Both the position numbers and the translations under genes were made by a program. A model generated the notes under the pieces. The model was not told the origin of the DNA, ran no database searches, and saw only the letters and a list, made by a program, of their open reading frames with translations. DNA of 64,000 nt from Candidatus Hydrothermales bacterium (GTDB lineage Bacteria > Hydrothermota > Hydrothermia > Hydrothermales > JAJRUZ01): positions 1-64,000 of the forward strand of contig JBCNUW010000009.1 in assembly GCA_039630575.1 (NCBI GenBank), read 5' to 3'. Below are positions 10,388 to 19,557 of this stretch, piece by piece (within the stretch, counting starts at the first letter, position 1; each line of letters opens with the position of its first letter).

Positions 10388-10410
10388 TCAATAAAGTAAT
10401 TTTAAAATAA

Positions 10411-11676
10411 TTATTTCTGTTGTGTCATTGCTTCAAGAAAATCTGTATTAGTTCTATAAAGTTTCATTTTCTGAATTAAAAATTCCATAGATTCTATGTT
10501 ACCCATCTCGGCTATCAATTTTCTAAGTATCCATACTTTATTTAAAACTGATGTTGAAAGTAAAAGTTCCTCTCTTCTTGTCCCTGATCTTTTTAAATCT
10601 ATAGCAGGGAAAATTCTTCTTTCAGCTAATTTTCTATCAAGAATTATTTCCATATTTCCAGTTCCCTTAAATTCTTCGTAAATTACATCATCCATTCTTG
10701 ATCCTGTTTCTATAAGGCATGAAGCTAATATGGTTAAAGAACCTCCATCCTCTATATTTCTTGCAGCACCAAAAAACTTTCTTGGTTCTATCAAAGCAGT
10801 TGCATCAAGACCACCCGATAGGGTTCTTCCTGAGTGTGCTGCAAGCACATTATGTGCTCTTGTTAACCTCGTTAAGGAGTCAAGAAGTATAACTACATCT
10901 TTTTTTAATTCCACAAGCCTCTTAGCTCTTTCAAGCACAATTTTGGCAACCTGTGCGTGTCTCTCAGCTGGTTCATCAAAAGTAGAAGATATAACCTCAG
11001 CATCAACTTTTCTCTTCCAATCTGTCACTTCCTCTGGTCTTTCATCTATCAGAAGAACAATAACAATTGTCTCAGGATGATTTTTTCTTATACTCTGTGC
11101 TATTTTTTGTAACATAACTGTTTTTCCTGCTCTTGGTGGAGAGACTATTAATCCTCTTTGTCCATGACCTATAGGAACAAATAGATCGATGATTCTTCTT
11201 GTTAAATCATCTTCCTCCTCTTCTAATTCTAATTTAATTTTTCTTGTGGGAAAGTAAGGGATAAGATCATCGAAGTTTGATCGAGTTCTCAATTCCACAG
11301 GAGGAAGACCGTTTATAAGTTCGATTTTCACCATTGCAGGGAATTTAACACTACCATCTATTGGAACTTTTATATAACCAGAAACAAGATCACCTGTTTT
11401 TAAACCAAACCTTTTTACCTGTGACTGTGAAATGTAAATATCTTCTACTCCCTGTAAATAACTGTTTTTTGGTGACCTTAAGAATCCATAACCGTCACTA
11501 TGAATTTCAATTACTCCCTCTCTATATTCTGCCCCTTCCCTTTTTGCATATTCCTGAGCTATTGCAACTATTAATTCATCCTTTTTTACTGAATGGGTTA
11601 TCTTTATACCAAGTTCTTTAGCTATAGAAACAAGTTCGTTTGTCTTTTTCTGCTTTAGCTCAGCAATATCTATCAT
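10411..11676 (-). CDS. rho: Transcription termination factor Rho
   Basis: DGYGFLR, GQRGLIVSPPRAGKT, LLIDERPEEVTD, EEFKGTGNME, SGTRREELL. Confidence 0.98.
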   Translation of the reverse strand: MIDIAELKQKKTNELVSIAKELGIKITHSVKKDELIVAIAQEYAKREGAEYREGVIEIHSDGYGFLRSPKNSYLQGVEDIYISQSQVKRFGLKTGDLVSGYIKVPIDGSVKFPAMVKIELINGLPPVELRTRSNFDDLIPYFPTRKIKLELEEEEDDLTRRIIDLFVPIGHGQRGLIVSPPRAGKTVMLQKIAQSIRKNHPETIVIVLLIDERPEEVTDWKRKVDAEVISSTFDEPAERHAQVAKIVLERAKRLVELKKDVVILLDSLTRLTRAHNVLAAHSGRTLSGGLDATALIEPRKFFGAARNIEDGGSLTILASCLIETGSRMDDVIYEEFKGTGNMEIILDRKLAERRIFPAIDLKRSGTRREELLLSTSVLNKVWILRKLIAEMGNIESMEFLIQKMKLYRTNTDFLEAMTQQK

Positions 11677-11696
11677 ATTGGTTAAAAATTGAAATT

Positions 11697-11707
11697 GGAT
11701 TAGAACC
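11697..11707 (-). promoter_or_regulatory. T-loop-like 5'UTR motif GGTTCTAATCC (copy 3)
   Basis: Lies 20 nt upstream of the rho ATG; one change at the variable T-loop position; no SD. Confidence 0.65.
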
Positions 11708-11715
11708 TTTTATTT

Positions 11716-12390
11716 TTATAACATTTTTGTATTGTTTATAAATAGTTCAAATTTCTGACCAAGATTTTTTGCAGCCATTGATGCAACAATCATCCTTTGT
11801 AAAAAAATTTCAAAATATTCCATAACAGGAGATATTTTTGTGTCTATCTCTATATCAAATCTTATTACTTTTTTTTCTGGAAAAACAATTACATTTGATT
11901 TTTTTGCTGAATAATTTACCCTATCATGAATGTCTGTCTTTATGTCAAATTTTTCTTTTCTAACCCTTTCTCTGTGTACATCTGATTTATCGGCAATAAT
12001 TAAAGCTGAAGTTAAAGCACCTGTAGGTATTCCATCTTCCTCATGATGATTTCCAATAGCTTGAGCCACTTCAATTACCTCATCAATGGGCATACCAAGT
12101 TCAGTTAAAAGTTGATGAGCAATTAAGGCTCCAAATTGGGCATGATGTTCTCTATGTATAACATTTCCTATATCATGTAAAAAACCAGCTATTTCAGCAA
12201 GTTCAGCCTTTCTCTCAGGATATTTTAGTTCCCTTAAAATTTTACCTGCTGTTTCTCCTACATATTTTGAGTGCCTCAGCCCATGTTCTGTATAGCCAAG
12301 CTTCTCCATATATCTATCTGCTTCCTCAATATATCTTAATACCCTTTTTTCTTTTAAAAGAACTTTTAATGTTATGACTTTTTTTCCCAT
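11716..12390 (-). CDS. HD-domain phosphohydrolase
   Basis: TEHGLRH, LHDIGN, HH, ADKSD. Confidence 0.9.
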   Translation of the reverse strand: MGKKVITLKVLLKEKRVLRYIEEADRYMEKLGYTEHGLRHSKYVGETAGKILRELKYPERKAELAEIAGFLHDIGNVIHREHHAQFGALIAHQLLTELGMPIDEVIEVAQAIGNHHEEDGIPTGALTSALIIADKSDVHRERVRKEKFDIKTDIHDRVNYSAKKSNVIVFPEKKVIRFDIEIDTKISPVMEYFEIFLQRMIVASMAAKNLGQKFELFINNTKML

Positions 12391-14930
12391 AAGAGTTTTT
12401 CAACCATTAAAAGTCCCTCTTTTATTTTTGTTTTATCTTTGCCACCACCTTCCGCTTTTTCCTTACTACCTCCTCCTCCACCTTTCACGAGATCCCCGAA
12501 TTTCTTTACAAATTCTCTTGCATCAAAATTTGAGTCTTCTCCTGTTCTTGAAAAAAAGAAAATCTTGTCTTTAGAAGAAACTAAAAATATTAAAGAAAGA
12601 TCTTTGTGTTTTTCCACTAATATGTCTGAAATTTTTCTAACAACATCTGGCTCAAGATCTTCAAAGTATTCTATCACATACTTAATCCCATTTTTTTCCC
12701 TAATTTTAATTTTATCAATTTCACTAATTGATATTTTTCTTACCAGTATTTCTCTTTCTCTTTCTCTCTCCTTTATTTCTTCTTTTAGTTTCTCTATTCT
12801 CTTAAGTATATTTTCTTCATCAACCGATAATATCTCTGAAATTTTATTGAGAATTTCTTCTTTTTTTCTTAAGTATAAAAAAGCCTTCAAACCAGTTAAA
12901 GCCTCAATCCTCCTCACTCCGGATCTTATTGATTCCTCCTTTACTATCTTAAAAATTCCAATATCTCCAGTTTTATCACAATGTGTACCACCGCACAACT
13001 CTTTAGAGTAATTTTCAATTTCAACTACTCTTACCAAATCACCATACTTTTCTTCAAAGAGAGCTATTGCCTCTTTTACAGCTACATCAAATTCCTTTAT
13101 TTCCCACCTTACCTCTCTGTTTTCTAAAATTACTAAATTAGTTTTTTCCTCAATTTCTTTTAATATCAATGGATCTATTGCCTTAGGGTAAGTAAAATCA
13201 AATCTTAACCTGTCATTTTCTACAAGAGAACCTTCTTGCTTTACAAATTCACCTAAAATTTTTCTGAGTGTTGAGTGAAGTATATGAGTAGCAGTGTGAG
13301 CTCTCTGGGTTGCTCTTCTGTTTAACCTATCTACTTTTGCTAATACAGTACTACTTTTTATTTCACCTTTTAGTTTTCCTATATGAACTATTTGGTCTTT
13401 AAACCATTGAGTGTCAAAGATTTCAATTTCAAAATTTTCACCAATAATTTTACCCTTATCTCCCACTTGTCCACCGGCTTCTCCATAGAATGGAGTTTTT
13501 TCAAGGACAACATAAATATCATTTTTAAAAAAGCCATATTTGATTATTTCTGTTTCTGTTTCAAGTTCACTATAACCAATGAATTCTGTTTTTTTATCTT
13601 CCCTTAAATTTGTCCAATCAATTCTTATATCTTTAAATTTTTCTTTTTCTTTAGCTTTTTCTCTTGCCTTGCTTATTTCTTCTTTAAACCCTTTTATATC
13701 CAAATTCAAATTTGCTTCCTTGGCAACTTCTTCTACAAAATCTACAGGTATTCCGTAAGTATCATAAAGCTTAAAGAGACTTTCTCCCCTTATTACCTTA
13801 TCAATCTTTAAGGCTTTTTCAATTTCTCTATCAAGGTAAACAATATTTTTAAAGATTGTGTTTAGGAACCTCTCTTCTTCTGATTTTATTATTATACTAA
13901 TTTCTTCTCTCTTTTCTTTAACTTCTTTATATCTTTTGCCATATACTTCTGCAAAGTAAGGGACAAGTTCATACATAAAGGGTTCTTTTATACCATTTTT
14001 GTAAGAGAATCTAAGAGCTCTTCTCAAAATTCTTCTGAGAACATAACCTCTCCCTTCATTTGATGGGTATGCTCCATCAGCAATTGCAAAAGTAAGGGCT
14101 CTTGCATGGTCAAGGACTATTCTAAAAAGTAGTTTAGATTCTTCGTATTTTCTGTTTAAGATCTTTTCAAGATATCTGTTTGCCTTTTCAAATAACTCTG
14201 TCTTATAGGGAGATTCTTTTTCTGTAAGTATCATTAAGACTCTTTCTAACCCCATGCCTGTGTCAACTCCCCTATTTTTAAGTGGTTTGAGTTCTCCGTT
14301 TTCTTGCATATCATATTGAGGAAAAACAATATTCCATATTTCAAGGTATCTGTCACAATCGCAACCAGGTTTGCATTCTATATTTTTACATCCGTAATTC
14401 TCTCCAAGATCATAATATATTTCAGTAGATGGACCGCAAGCACCAGTTTTACCAGCAGGACCCCAGAAATTTGTTTCCTTTCCCATCTTTAAAATCCTTT
14501 CTTCTCTGATTCCTAAAGACTTCCATATGTTAAAGCTTTCTTCGTCTTCAAAATAGACACTAAAATATAGCTTTTCTTCAGATAAATTTAATACATTAAT
14601 AACAAATTCATAAGCCCATTCAATGGCTTCTTTTTTAAAATAATCACCAAAAGAAAAATTCCCAAGCATTTCAAAGAAGGTGTGATGTCTTATTGTGAAG
14701 CCAACTTTATCTAAGTCTGAAGCTCTCAAGCATTTTTGACAAGAGGCTGCTCTTTTAAAGGGTAAAGGAACAATTCCTGAATAAAAGGGTTTAAATTGAA
14801 CCATACCAGCTGTAGTAAAAAGTAATGTTGGATCTTTTTCCGGTATTAATGAGGATGATGGTACGATTTTATGTTCTTTTTCTTCAAAGAAGCTAAGGAA
14901 TTTGACTCTTAAACTCTCAGCAGTCCACAT
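12372..14930 (-). CDS. alaS: Alanine--tRNA ligase
   Basis: DPTLLFTTAGMVQFK, HHTFFEMLGNFSFGDYFK, HTATH, ELCGGTH, GGGGGS. Confidence 0.98.
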   Translation of the reverse strand: MWTAESLRVKFLSFFEEKEHKIVPSSSLIPEKDPTLLFTTAGMVQFKPFYSGIVPLPFKRAASCQKCLRASDLDKVGFTIRHHTFFEMLGNFSFGDYFKKEAIEWAYEFVINVLNLSEEKLYFSVYFEDEESFNIWKSLGIREERILKMGKETNFWGPAGKTGACGPSTEIYYDLGENYGCKNIECKPGCDCDRYLEIWNIVFPQYDMQENGELKPLKNRGVDTGMGLERVLMILTEKESPYKTELFEKANRYLEKILNRKYEESKLLFRIVLDHARALTFAIADGAYPSNEGRGYVLRRILRRALRFSYKNGIKEPFMYELVPYFAEVYGKRYKEVKEKREEISIIIKSEEERFLNTIFKNIVYLDREIEKALKIDKVIRGESLFKLYDTYGIPVDFVEEVAKEANLNLDIKGFKEEISKAREKAKEKEKFKDIRIDWTNLREDKKTEFIGYSELETETEIIKYGFFKNDIYVVLEKTPFYGEAGGQVGDKGKIIGENFEIEIFDTQWFKDQIVHIGKLKGEIKSSTVLAKVDRLNRRATQRAHTATHILHSTLRKILGEFVKQEGSLVENDRLRFDFTYPKAIDPLILKEIEEKTNLVILENREVRWEIKEFDVAVKEAIALFEEKYGDLVRVVEIENYSKELCGGTHCDKTGDIGIFKIVKEESIRSGVRRIEALTGLKAFLYLRKKEEILNKISEILSVDEENILKRIEKLKEEIKEREREREILVRKISISEIDKIKIREKNGIKYVIEYFEDLEPDVVRKISDILVEKHKDLSLIFLVSSKDKIFFFSRTGEDSNFDAREFVKKFGDLVKGGGGGSKEKAEGGGKDKTKIKEGLLMVEKLLWEKKS

Positions 14931-15003
14931 ATCTAAGGAATTTGGTAATAATTTTTTAAATAAGGGAAAGAACTAAACACCTTTAAGATTTATTCTTTAA
15001 AAA

Positions 15004-15075
15004 AGCGGGAGACGGGATTTGAACCCGCGACCCCTACCTTGGCAAGGTAGCGCTCTACCGCTGAGCTACTCCCGC
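15004..15075 (-). tRNA. tRNA-Gly(GCC)
   Basis: GCGGGAG/CTCCCGC acceptor stem, anticodon loop TTGCCAA, T-loop GGTTCAAATCC, discriminator U; no CCA. Confidence 0.96.
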
Positions 15076-15114
15076 AGATTTTAAATTATAAATTTATTTT
15101 CTAAAATTTTCAAA

Positions 15115-16647
15115 TTAAAAAATTATATCCCTAATTTCTTCAGGATGAATTATGTTAAAGTGATAGTAAAGTTCGTACAATTCATTTGGTTTTAAATTTA
15201 CTTCAAAATAATATTTTCCTTCTGGCTTATCCTCTCTAAAAGGCTTTTTTGAAAATTCAATACCGTTAATTACTATATCAGGGTTATTAGAAACAGGAAC
15301 CTCTGCTATTAGTGTTCCCTTTATTTCTATTTTTCTTTCATTTTTAACAGTAATCTTATAGGAAAATTTTCTTTTTATTTTCTTTTCAAAAATTCCGCTT
15401 TTTTCTATCTCAGATTTGATTAAAATATATTCTGTTTTTACATAGGGATCTTCACCAAAGTAAAACCTTAAAGTATCACCAGGATAAATGGTATTTATTC
15501 TTTTTTTCCCTATGTATTCTTCTTCCAAAAATATATTACCTTCGCCTTCAATTAGAATTTCCTTTGTATCCAACACACCCTTTGCTAAAAGAAAACCGAA
15601 TCTATAATTTCGAGGTATGATTGTATAATGGAAATAAGCCGGAATTTCATAATTTTTCACAAAAAGAATAACCCCCTTTTCATCTGAAGGGATAGTTGCT
15701 CTGTATGGAAAATTGTAATGAAAGGAAGTGTAAAGCTCTTCTTCCTTAACAGGTTCTTCTGCTATAGCTTCAGCTATAGCTTGTTGTACTATGAAAGCCT
15801 CTTTTTGTAAATAAGTTTCAGCTGCTTTAATTTGAGGGATTCTAGTTCTAATAACCCACCTTAAAGGAGTTGGTTCCATAATTGTTTTTGGAAAGTGTGT
15901 TGATAGAGCGATATTTACATTTTCAAAGTCTTTACCAGTAAATTGAAAAAGCTTTGAATGAAGGTCAATTTCAACTTTTTTTTTCTCAGGAAGTCCGTTT
16001 ATTTTGTATAAAAGGTTATAACCACTTTTTGATATTATAAAATAACTTAGTATCAAATTTGCTTGTGTTTCAATTTTGGAATTTATGTTAAGTGTTAGGA
16101 TAAGTTCTTCAATTCCTATTGGGTGAAAGTTTAAAAGTTTATTTTGAATTTTTGTTTTTGTAAATTCAAGTTCTTTTATTTTTTCTTCAAGTTTTCTTAT
16201 TTCAATTTCTAACAAAGTTACTTTGTTTATTACTATACTGAGTGCTGTGTTTATGTTTTTTTCAATAATTTCTTTTTCAAGAAATTCCTTAGATTCCTTT
16301 TCAGAGTAAGATGATTTGAAACTTTCGATAAATTCTATGCCCTTTTTTAGATTTTCTTTTTTTATTTTTAGTTTTTCAATTGTATCTTGTAAAAAGTCGA
16401 GTGAGTCCTGGAGAGGTTTCAAAAAATCTCTGTATTTTAAATAGGTTTTTCTTTTTAGTGTTGTGCTTACAATTTCAGCCTCTTTTAGTTCCACTTTTAT
16501 GGAAGTTGTATCAACAATTGGCAAAAGTTTTAAAGTGAAAGTATTTAGACCCTTTTTAAGATTTATTTCTAATTTTTCGGTAACGAGTGCACCTTGCGGG
16601 TAAAAAATAACTGATTCTATTTTTAAAAATAAAAATAAAGTAATCAT
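15115..16647 (-). CDS. DUF4139/DUF4140 (MuiA-like) protein
   Basis: IESVIFYPQGALV, a coiled coil, Q.TG.DF..V...LST, TIPSD, FGEDP.V. Confidence 0.8.
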   Translation of the reverse strand: MITLFLFLKIESVIFYPQGALVTEKLEINLKKGLNTFTLKLLPIVDTTSIKVELKEAEIVSTTLKRKTYLKYRDFLKPLQDSLDFLQDTIEKLKIKKENLKKGIEFIESFKSSYSEKESKEFLEKEIIEKNINTALSIVINKVTLLEIEIRKLEEKIKELEFTKTKIQNKLLNFHPIGIEELILTLNINSKIETQANLILSYFIISKSGYNLLYKINGLPEKKKVEIDLHSKLFQFTGKDFENVNIALSTHFPKTIMEPTPLRWVIRTRIPQIKAAETYLQKEAFIVQQAIAEAIAEEPVKEEELYTSFHYNFPYRATIPSDEKGVILFVKNYEIPAYFHYTIIPRNYRFGFLLAKGVLDTKEILIEGEGNIFLEEEYIGKKRINTIYPGDTLRFYFGEDPYVKTEYILIKSEIEKSGIFEKKIKRKFSYKITVKNERKIEIKGTLIAEVPVSNNPDIVINGIEFSKKPFREDKPEGKYYFEVNLKPNELYELYYHFNIIHPEEIRDIIF

Positions 16648-16697
16648 TTTAAATTTTAGGGAATTTTTTTGATTATTTCAATTAAAATAATTTAATT

Positions 16698-17165
16698 ATG
16701 AGAAAATTTATATTTACTATTTTAACAAGGCTTTTAAAGTTATTTGCTCCATATTTAAAAACTCCTTTTTTAACTGTGGATGGTATACTGGAAGTTTATG
16801 ATGAATATGATAATTTTGTTGGTATAGCACTGATTGAGAGAAAGAATCCACCTTTGGGTTATGCACTTCCAGGAGGTTTTGTTAATTATGGAGAACCTCC
16901 TGAAGAGGCAATATTAAGGGAAGTAGAAGAAGAAACAGGTGCAAAGGCACATATAGTAAAACTTTTAGGTGTATACGGAGATCCTAAAAGGGATCCAAGG
17001 TTCCATACAGTGACATGTGTGTATCTACTAAAAACAAAAGATAAGTTAAAAGCCTCATCTGATGCAAAAAAAGTTTTTGTTTTTAAGTTAAGCGATATTC
17101 CATATGAAAAAATTGTTTTTGATCATTCAAAGATAATAAGGGATTATTTAAAGTTAAAGTACTGA
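16698..17165 (+). CDS. NUDIX hydrolase (ADP-ribose pyrophosphatase-like)
   Basis: Nudix box PGGFVNYGE..EEAILREVEEETG; RDPR; FDH. Confidence 0.93.
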   Translation: MRKFIFTILTRLLKLFAPYLKTPFLTVDGILEVYDEYDNFVGIALIERKNPPLGYALPGGFVNYGEPPEEAILREVEEETGAKAHIVKLLGVYGDPKRDPRFHTVTCVYLLKTKDKLKASSDAKKVFVFKLSDIPYEKIVFDHSKIIRDYLKLKY

Positions 17166-17169
17166 AAAC

Positions 17170-17838
17170 TTAATATTTTAGAGCGTTTTTATGAATAAAG
17201 ACACCTTTTGAGGAAAATTTTATAGTTTGAGTTTTTTTAAATTCTTTTAATATTCTTGATACGCTTTCTCTTGAGCAGCCGACCATAGAGGCTATATCTT
17301 TTATTTTAAAATCTTTTTTAATAAATATATACTCTCCAATTTTTTCTCCCTCTTTTAAAGCTTTTTCTATAAAGAATCTTGCAACTTTGCCTGACAGATC
17401 TAAAAAAAATAAAGAGCTCATTTTTTCATTTGTTTTTCTTATTCTATGACCCATTTCCCTAATTATTGAAATGAGTATTTCAGGGTGTTTAATTAACTTA
17501 TATAAAAGATCTTCCTTCGAAAATATTGTTACTTTTGTGTTTTCCAGTGCTGTAACTCTTGCAGTTCTGTACTCTTCACCGAAGAAACCCAGTTCTCCAA
17601 AAAAATCACCTTCCTTTAAATTTGTGATAACAATTTCTTTTCCTTTATCAGAAAACAGTGAAACTTTTACTTCTCCAGAATTTATTATATAAAGAGAATC
17701 TCCTCTTTCTCCTTCATGAATTATTATATCCCCTTTTTTAAACTCTTTTTTTATTCCAAGTTTTTCGATTACTTTTTTTTCTTTTTTACTTAATTGGCTG
17801 AAAAGTTCTAACTTATTTGACGTAGTTGACTTTTTCAT
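17170..17838 (-). CDS. Crp/Fnr family transcriptional regulator
   Basis: cNMP-binding FFGELG..RTARV; HTH IASMVGCSRESVSR. Confidence 0.93.
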   Translation of the reverse strand: MKKSTTSNKLELFSQLSKKEKKVIEKLGIKKEFKKGDIIIHEGERGDSLYIINSGEVKVSLFSDKGKEIVITNLKEGDFFGELGFFGEEYRTARVTALENTKVTIFSKEDLLYKLIKHPEILISIIREMGHRIRKTNEKMSSLFFLDLSGKVARFFIEKALKEGEKIGEYIFIKKDFKIKDIASMVGCSRESVSRILKEFKKTQTIKFSSKGVFIHKNALKY

Positions 17839-17876
17839 GTTAATTAATTATAATTTATAAAAAAACATAAATAAAA

Positions 17877-17887
17877 GGTTCAAATCC
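17877..17887 (+). promoter_or_regulatory. T-loop-like 5'UTR motif GGTTCAAATCC (copy 4)
   Basis: Lies 18 nt upstream of the rpmE ATG and downstream of TATAAT at 17849-17854; no SD. Confidence 0.7.
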
Positions 17888-17905
17888 ATTTAAAGAAAAG
17901 AAAAA

Positions 17906-18175
17906 ATGAAACCTAAAATACATCCAGAATATGTGAAGGCAATAATCGAGTGTGCCTGTGGTAATAAGGTAGAGACACGATCTACAAAAAAGTTTATAAA
18001 AGTTGAAATATGTTCAAATTGTCATCCCTTTTTCACAGGAAAAGAAAAACTTGTTGATACGGAAGGTAGAGTTGAGAAGTTCAGAAGAAAGTATGGTGAA
18101 AAAGCTAAGAGTGAAGTTAAAAAGGTGAGAGCAAGGAGTAAGAGGAAAAAATTGGAAGAAGAAGTTAAAAAATGA
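17906..18175 (+). CDS. rpmE: 50S ribosomal protein L31 (Zn-binding type)
   Basis: [29 protein letters not shown]. Confidence 0.97.
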   Translation: MKPKIHPEYVKAIIECACGNKVETRSTKKFIKVEICSNCHPFFTGKEKLVDTEGRVEKFRRKYGEKAKSEVKKVRARSKRKKLEEEVKK

Positions 18176-18528
18176 GTTTACCTGAACCTATCGGTCCTTA
18201 TTCTATTTATAGAGAAGCTGGAGATTTTATTTTTATTTCAGGACAAATAGGTATTGATTATGAAAAGGGAGTAATTCCTGAAAGTATAGAGGAACAAACA
18301 GAGTTAGTTTTAAAAAATATAAAGAATATATTAGAAAGTTTAAATTTAACATTCGATAATGTAATAAAAAGTACGATATTTTTAAAAGATATAAATGATT
18401 TTCAAAAGGTTAATGAAATTTATTCAAAGTATTTTAATAAACCTTATCCAGCCCGATCTACTGTGGAAGTAAGTGCACTACCTAAAAATGCGAAGGTTGA
18501 GATAGAAATTGTTGCTTTCAAGGGATGA
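18172..18528 (+). CDS. RidA/YjgF family enamine deaminase
   Basis: [28 protein letters not shown]. Confidence 0.93.
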   Translation: MSLPEPIGPYSIYREAGDFIFISGQIGIDYEKGVIPESIEEQTELVLKNIKNILESLNLTFDNVIKSTIFLKDINDFQKVNEIYSKYFNKPYPARSTVEVSALPKNAKVEIEIVAFKG

Positions 18529-18953
18529 AAAAGACAAAAAAAATAAGGGTTTTAATAGCAAAGCCAGGTTTAGATGGTCATGATAGGGGAGCAAAGGTTG
18601 TAGCAAGAGCACTTAAGGATGCTGGAATGGAGGTTATTTATACTGGATTACATAAAACAGCAGAAGAGATAGTTGAAGCTGCTATTCAGGAAGATGTGGA
18701 TGCTATTGGTCTTTCCATACTTTCTGGTGCTCATATGACCTATTTTCCAAAAGTTTTAAAATTAATGAAAGAAAGGGGGCTTCATGATGTTCTTCTTTTT
18801 GGAGGAGGAATAATTCCTGAAGAAGATAAAAAGAAGCTTAAAGAAATGGGTGTTGGAGAATTGTTTGGTCCAGGTACACCCTTAAAAGAAATAATAGAAT
18901 ATGTTGAAAAATGGGTGGAGGAAAGAGATAAGAAGAAGGAAAAAACAGTTTAA
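18525..18953 (+). CDS. Acyl-CoA (methylmalonyl-CoA) mutase cobalamin-binding subunit
   Basis: [31 protein letters not shown]. Confidence 0.93.
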   Translation: MKKTKKIRVLIAKPGLDGHDRGAKVVARALKDAGMEVIYTGLHKTAEEIVEAAIQEDVDAIGLSILSGAHMTYFPKVLKLMKERGLHDVLLFGGGIIPEEDKKKLKEMGVGELFGPGTPLKEIIEYVEKWVEERDKKKEKTV

Positions 18954-19557
18954 TTTTTTAAGATTTAGTTATTTTTTAAAATTTCTTTTATTAGCTTTTC
19001 TATTTTGTTCTTATGAGGTTGAAGTTAAAGAGGTAGTAGATGGAGATACCTTTATCACCTATTCAGGTGAAAGGGTAAGGCTTATAGGTATTGATACTCC
19101 TGAGGAGGGTAGGTTTTATTATAATGATTCAAAAAATGCTCTTAAAGATCTTATATTGGGCAAGAAAGTGAGATTAGAGTTTGATATTGTAAAAAAAGAT
19201 GTCTATGATAGAATTTTAGCTTACGTCTTTTATGATACCCTTTTTGTTAATGATTACATGTTAAAAAATGGTTATTCATATATTTATACTTTTCCGCCGA
19301 ATCTAAAGTATTTTTCAAAGTTTAAAAAGTCTCTTGATTTAGCGATAAAAAATAAAAGGGGTATGTGGAAAAATTTTTATGAGGAGAAAGAGATTTTTAT
19401 TGGTGATCCTGAAAAAATGGAATTTCATAGTAAAGATTGTAAGGAAGTATATAAAATTGGAGATTTTAACAGAATAATATTTAAATCTTCCAAGGAGGCT
19501 CTTCTTGAGGGCTTCCATCCTCATAAATCATGTAATCCCGTTAAATTTTTTGAATGA
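18901..19557 (+). CDS. Thermonuclease (SNase) family protein with C-terminal Ada-like metal-binding domain
   Basis: [26 protein letters not shown]-terminal FHSKDC...[10 protein letters not shown]. Start codon uncertain. Confidence 0.88.
   Translation: MLKNGWRKEIRRRKKQFNFLRFSYFLKFLLLAFLFCSYEVEVKEVVDGDTFITYSGERVRLIGIDTPEEGRFYYNDSKNALKDLILGKKVRLEFDIVKKDVYDRILAYVFYDTLFVNDYMLKNGYSYIYTFPPNLKYFSKFKKSLDLAIKNKRGMWKNFYEEKEIFIGDPEKMEFHSKDCKEVYKIGDFNRIIFKSSKEALLEGFHPHKSCNPVKFFE

Noticed and set aside
12439..13011. 190-aa plus-strand ORF and the many other short antisense ORFs in the track (e.g. 3344-3658, 10730-11080, 37187-37516, 51513-51836)
   Set aside because: They are shadow frames opposite well-supported genes, with Ser/Phe/Ile-rich composition and no motifs.
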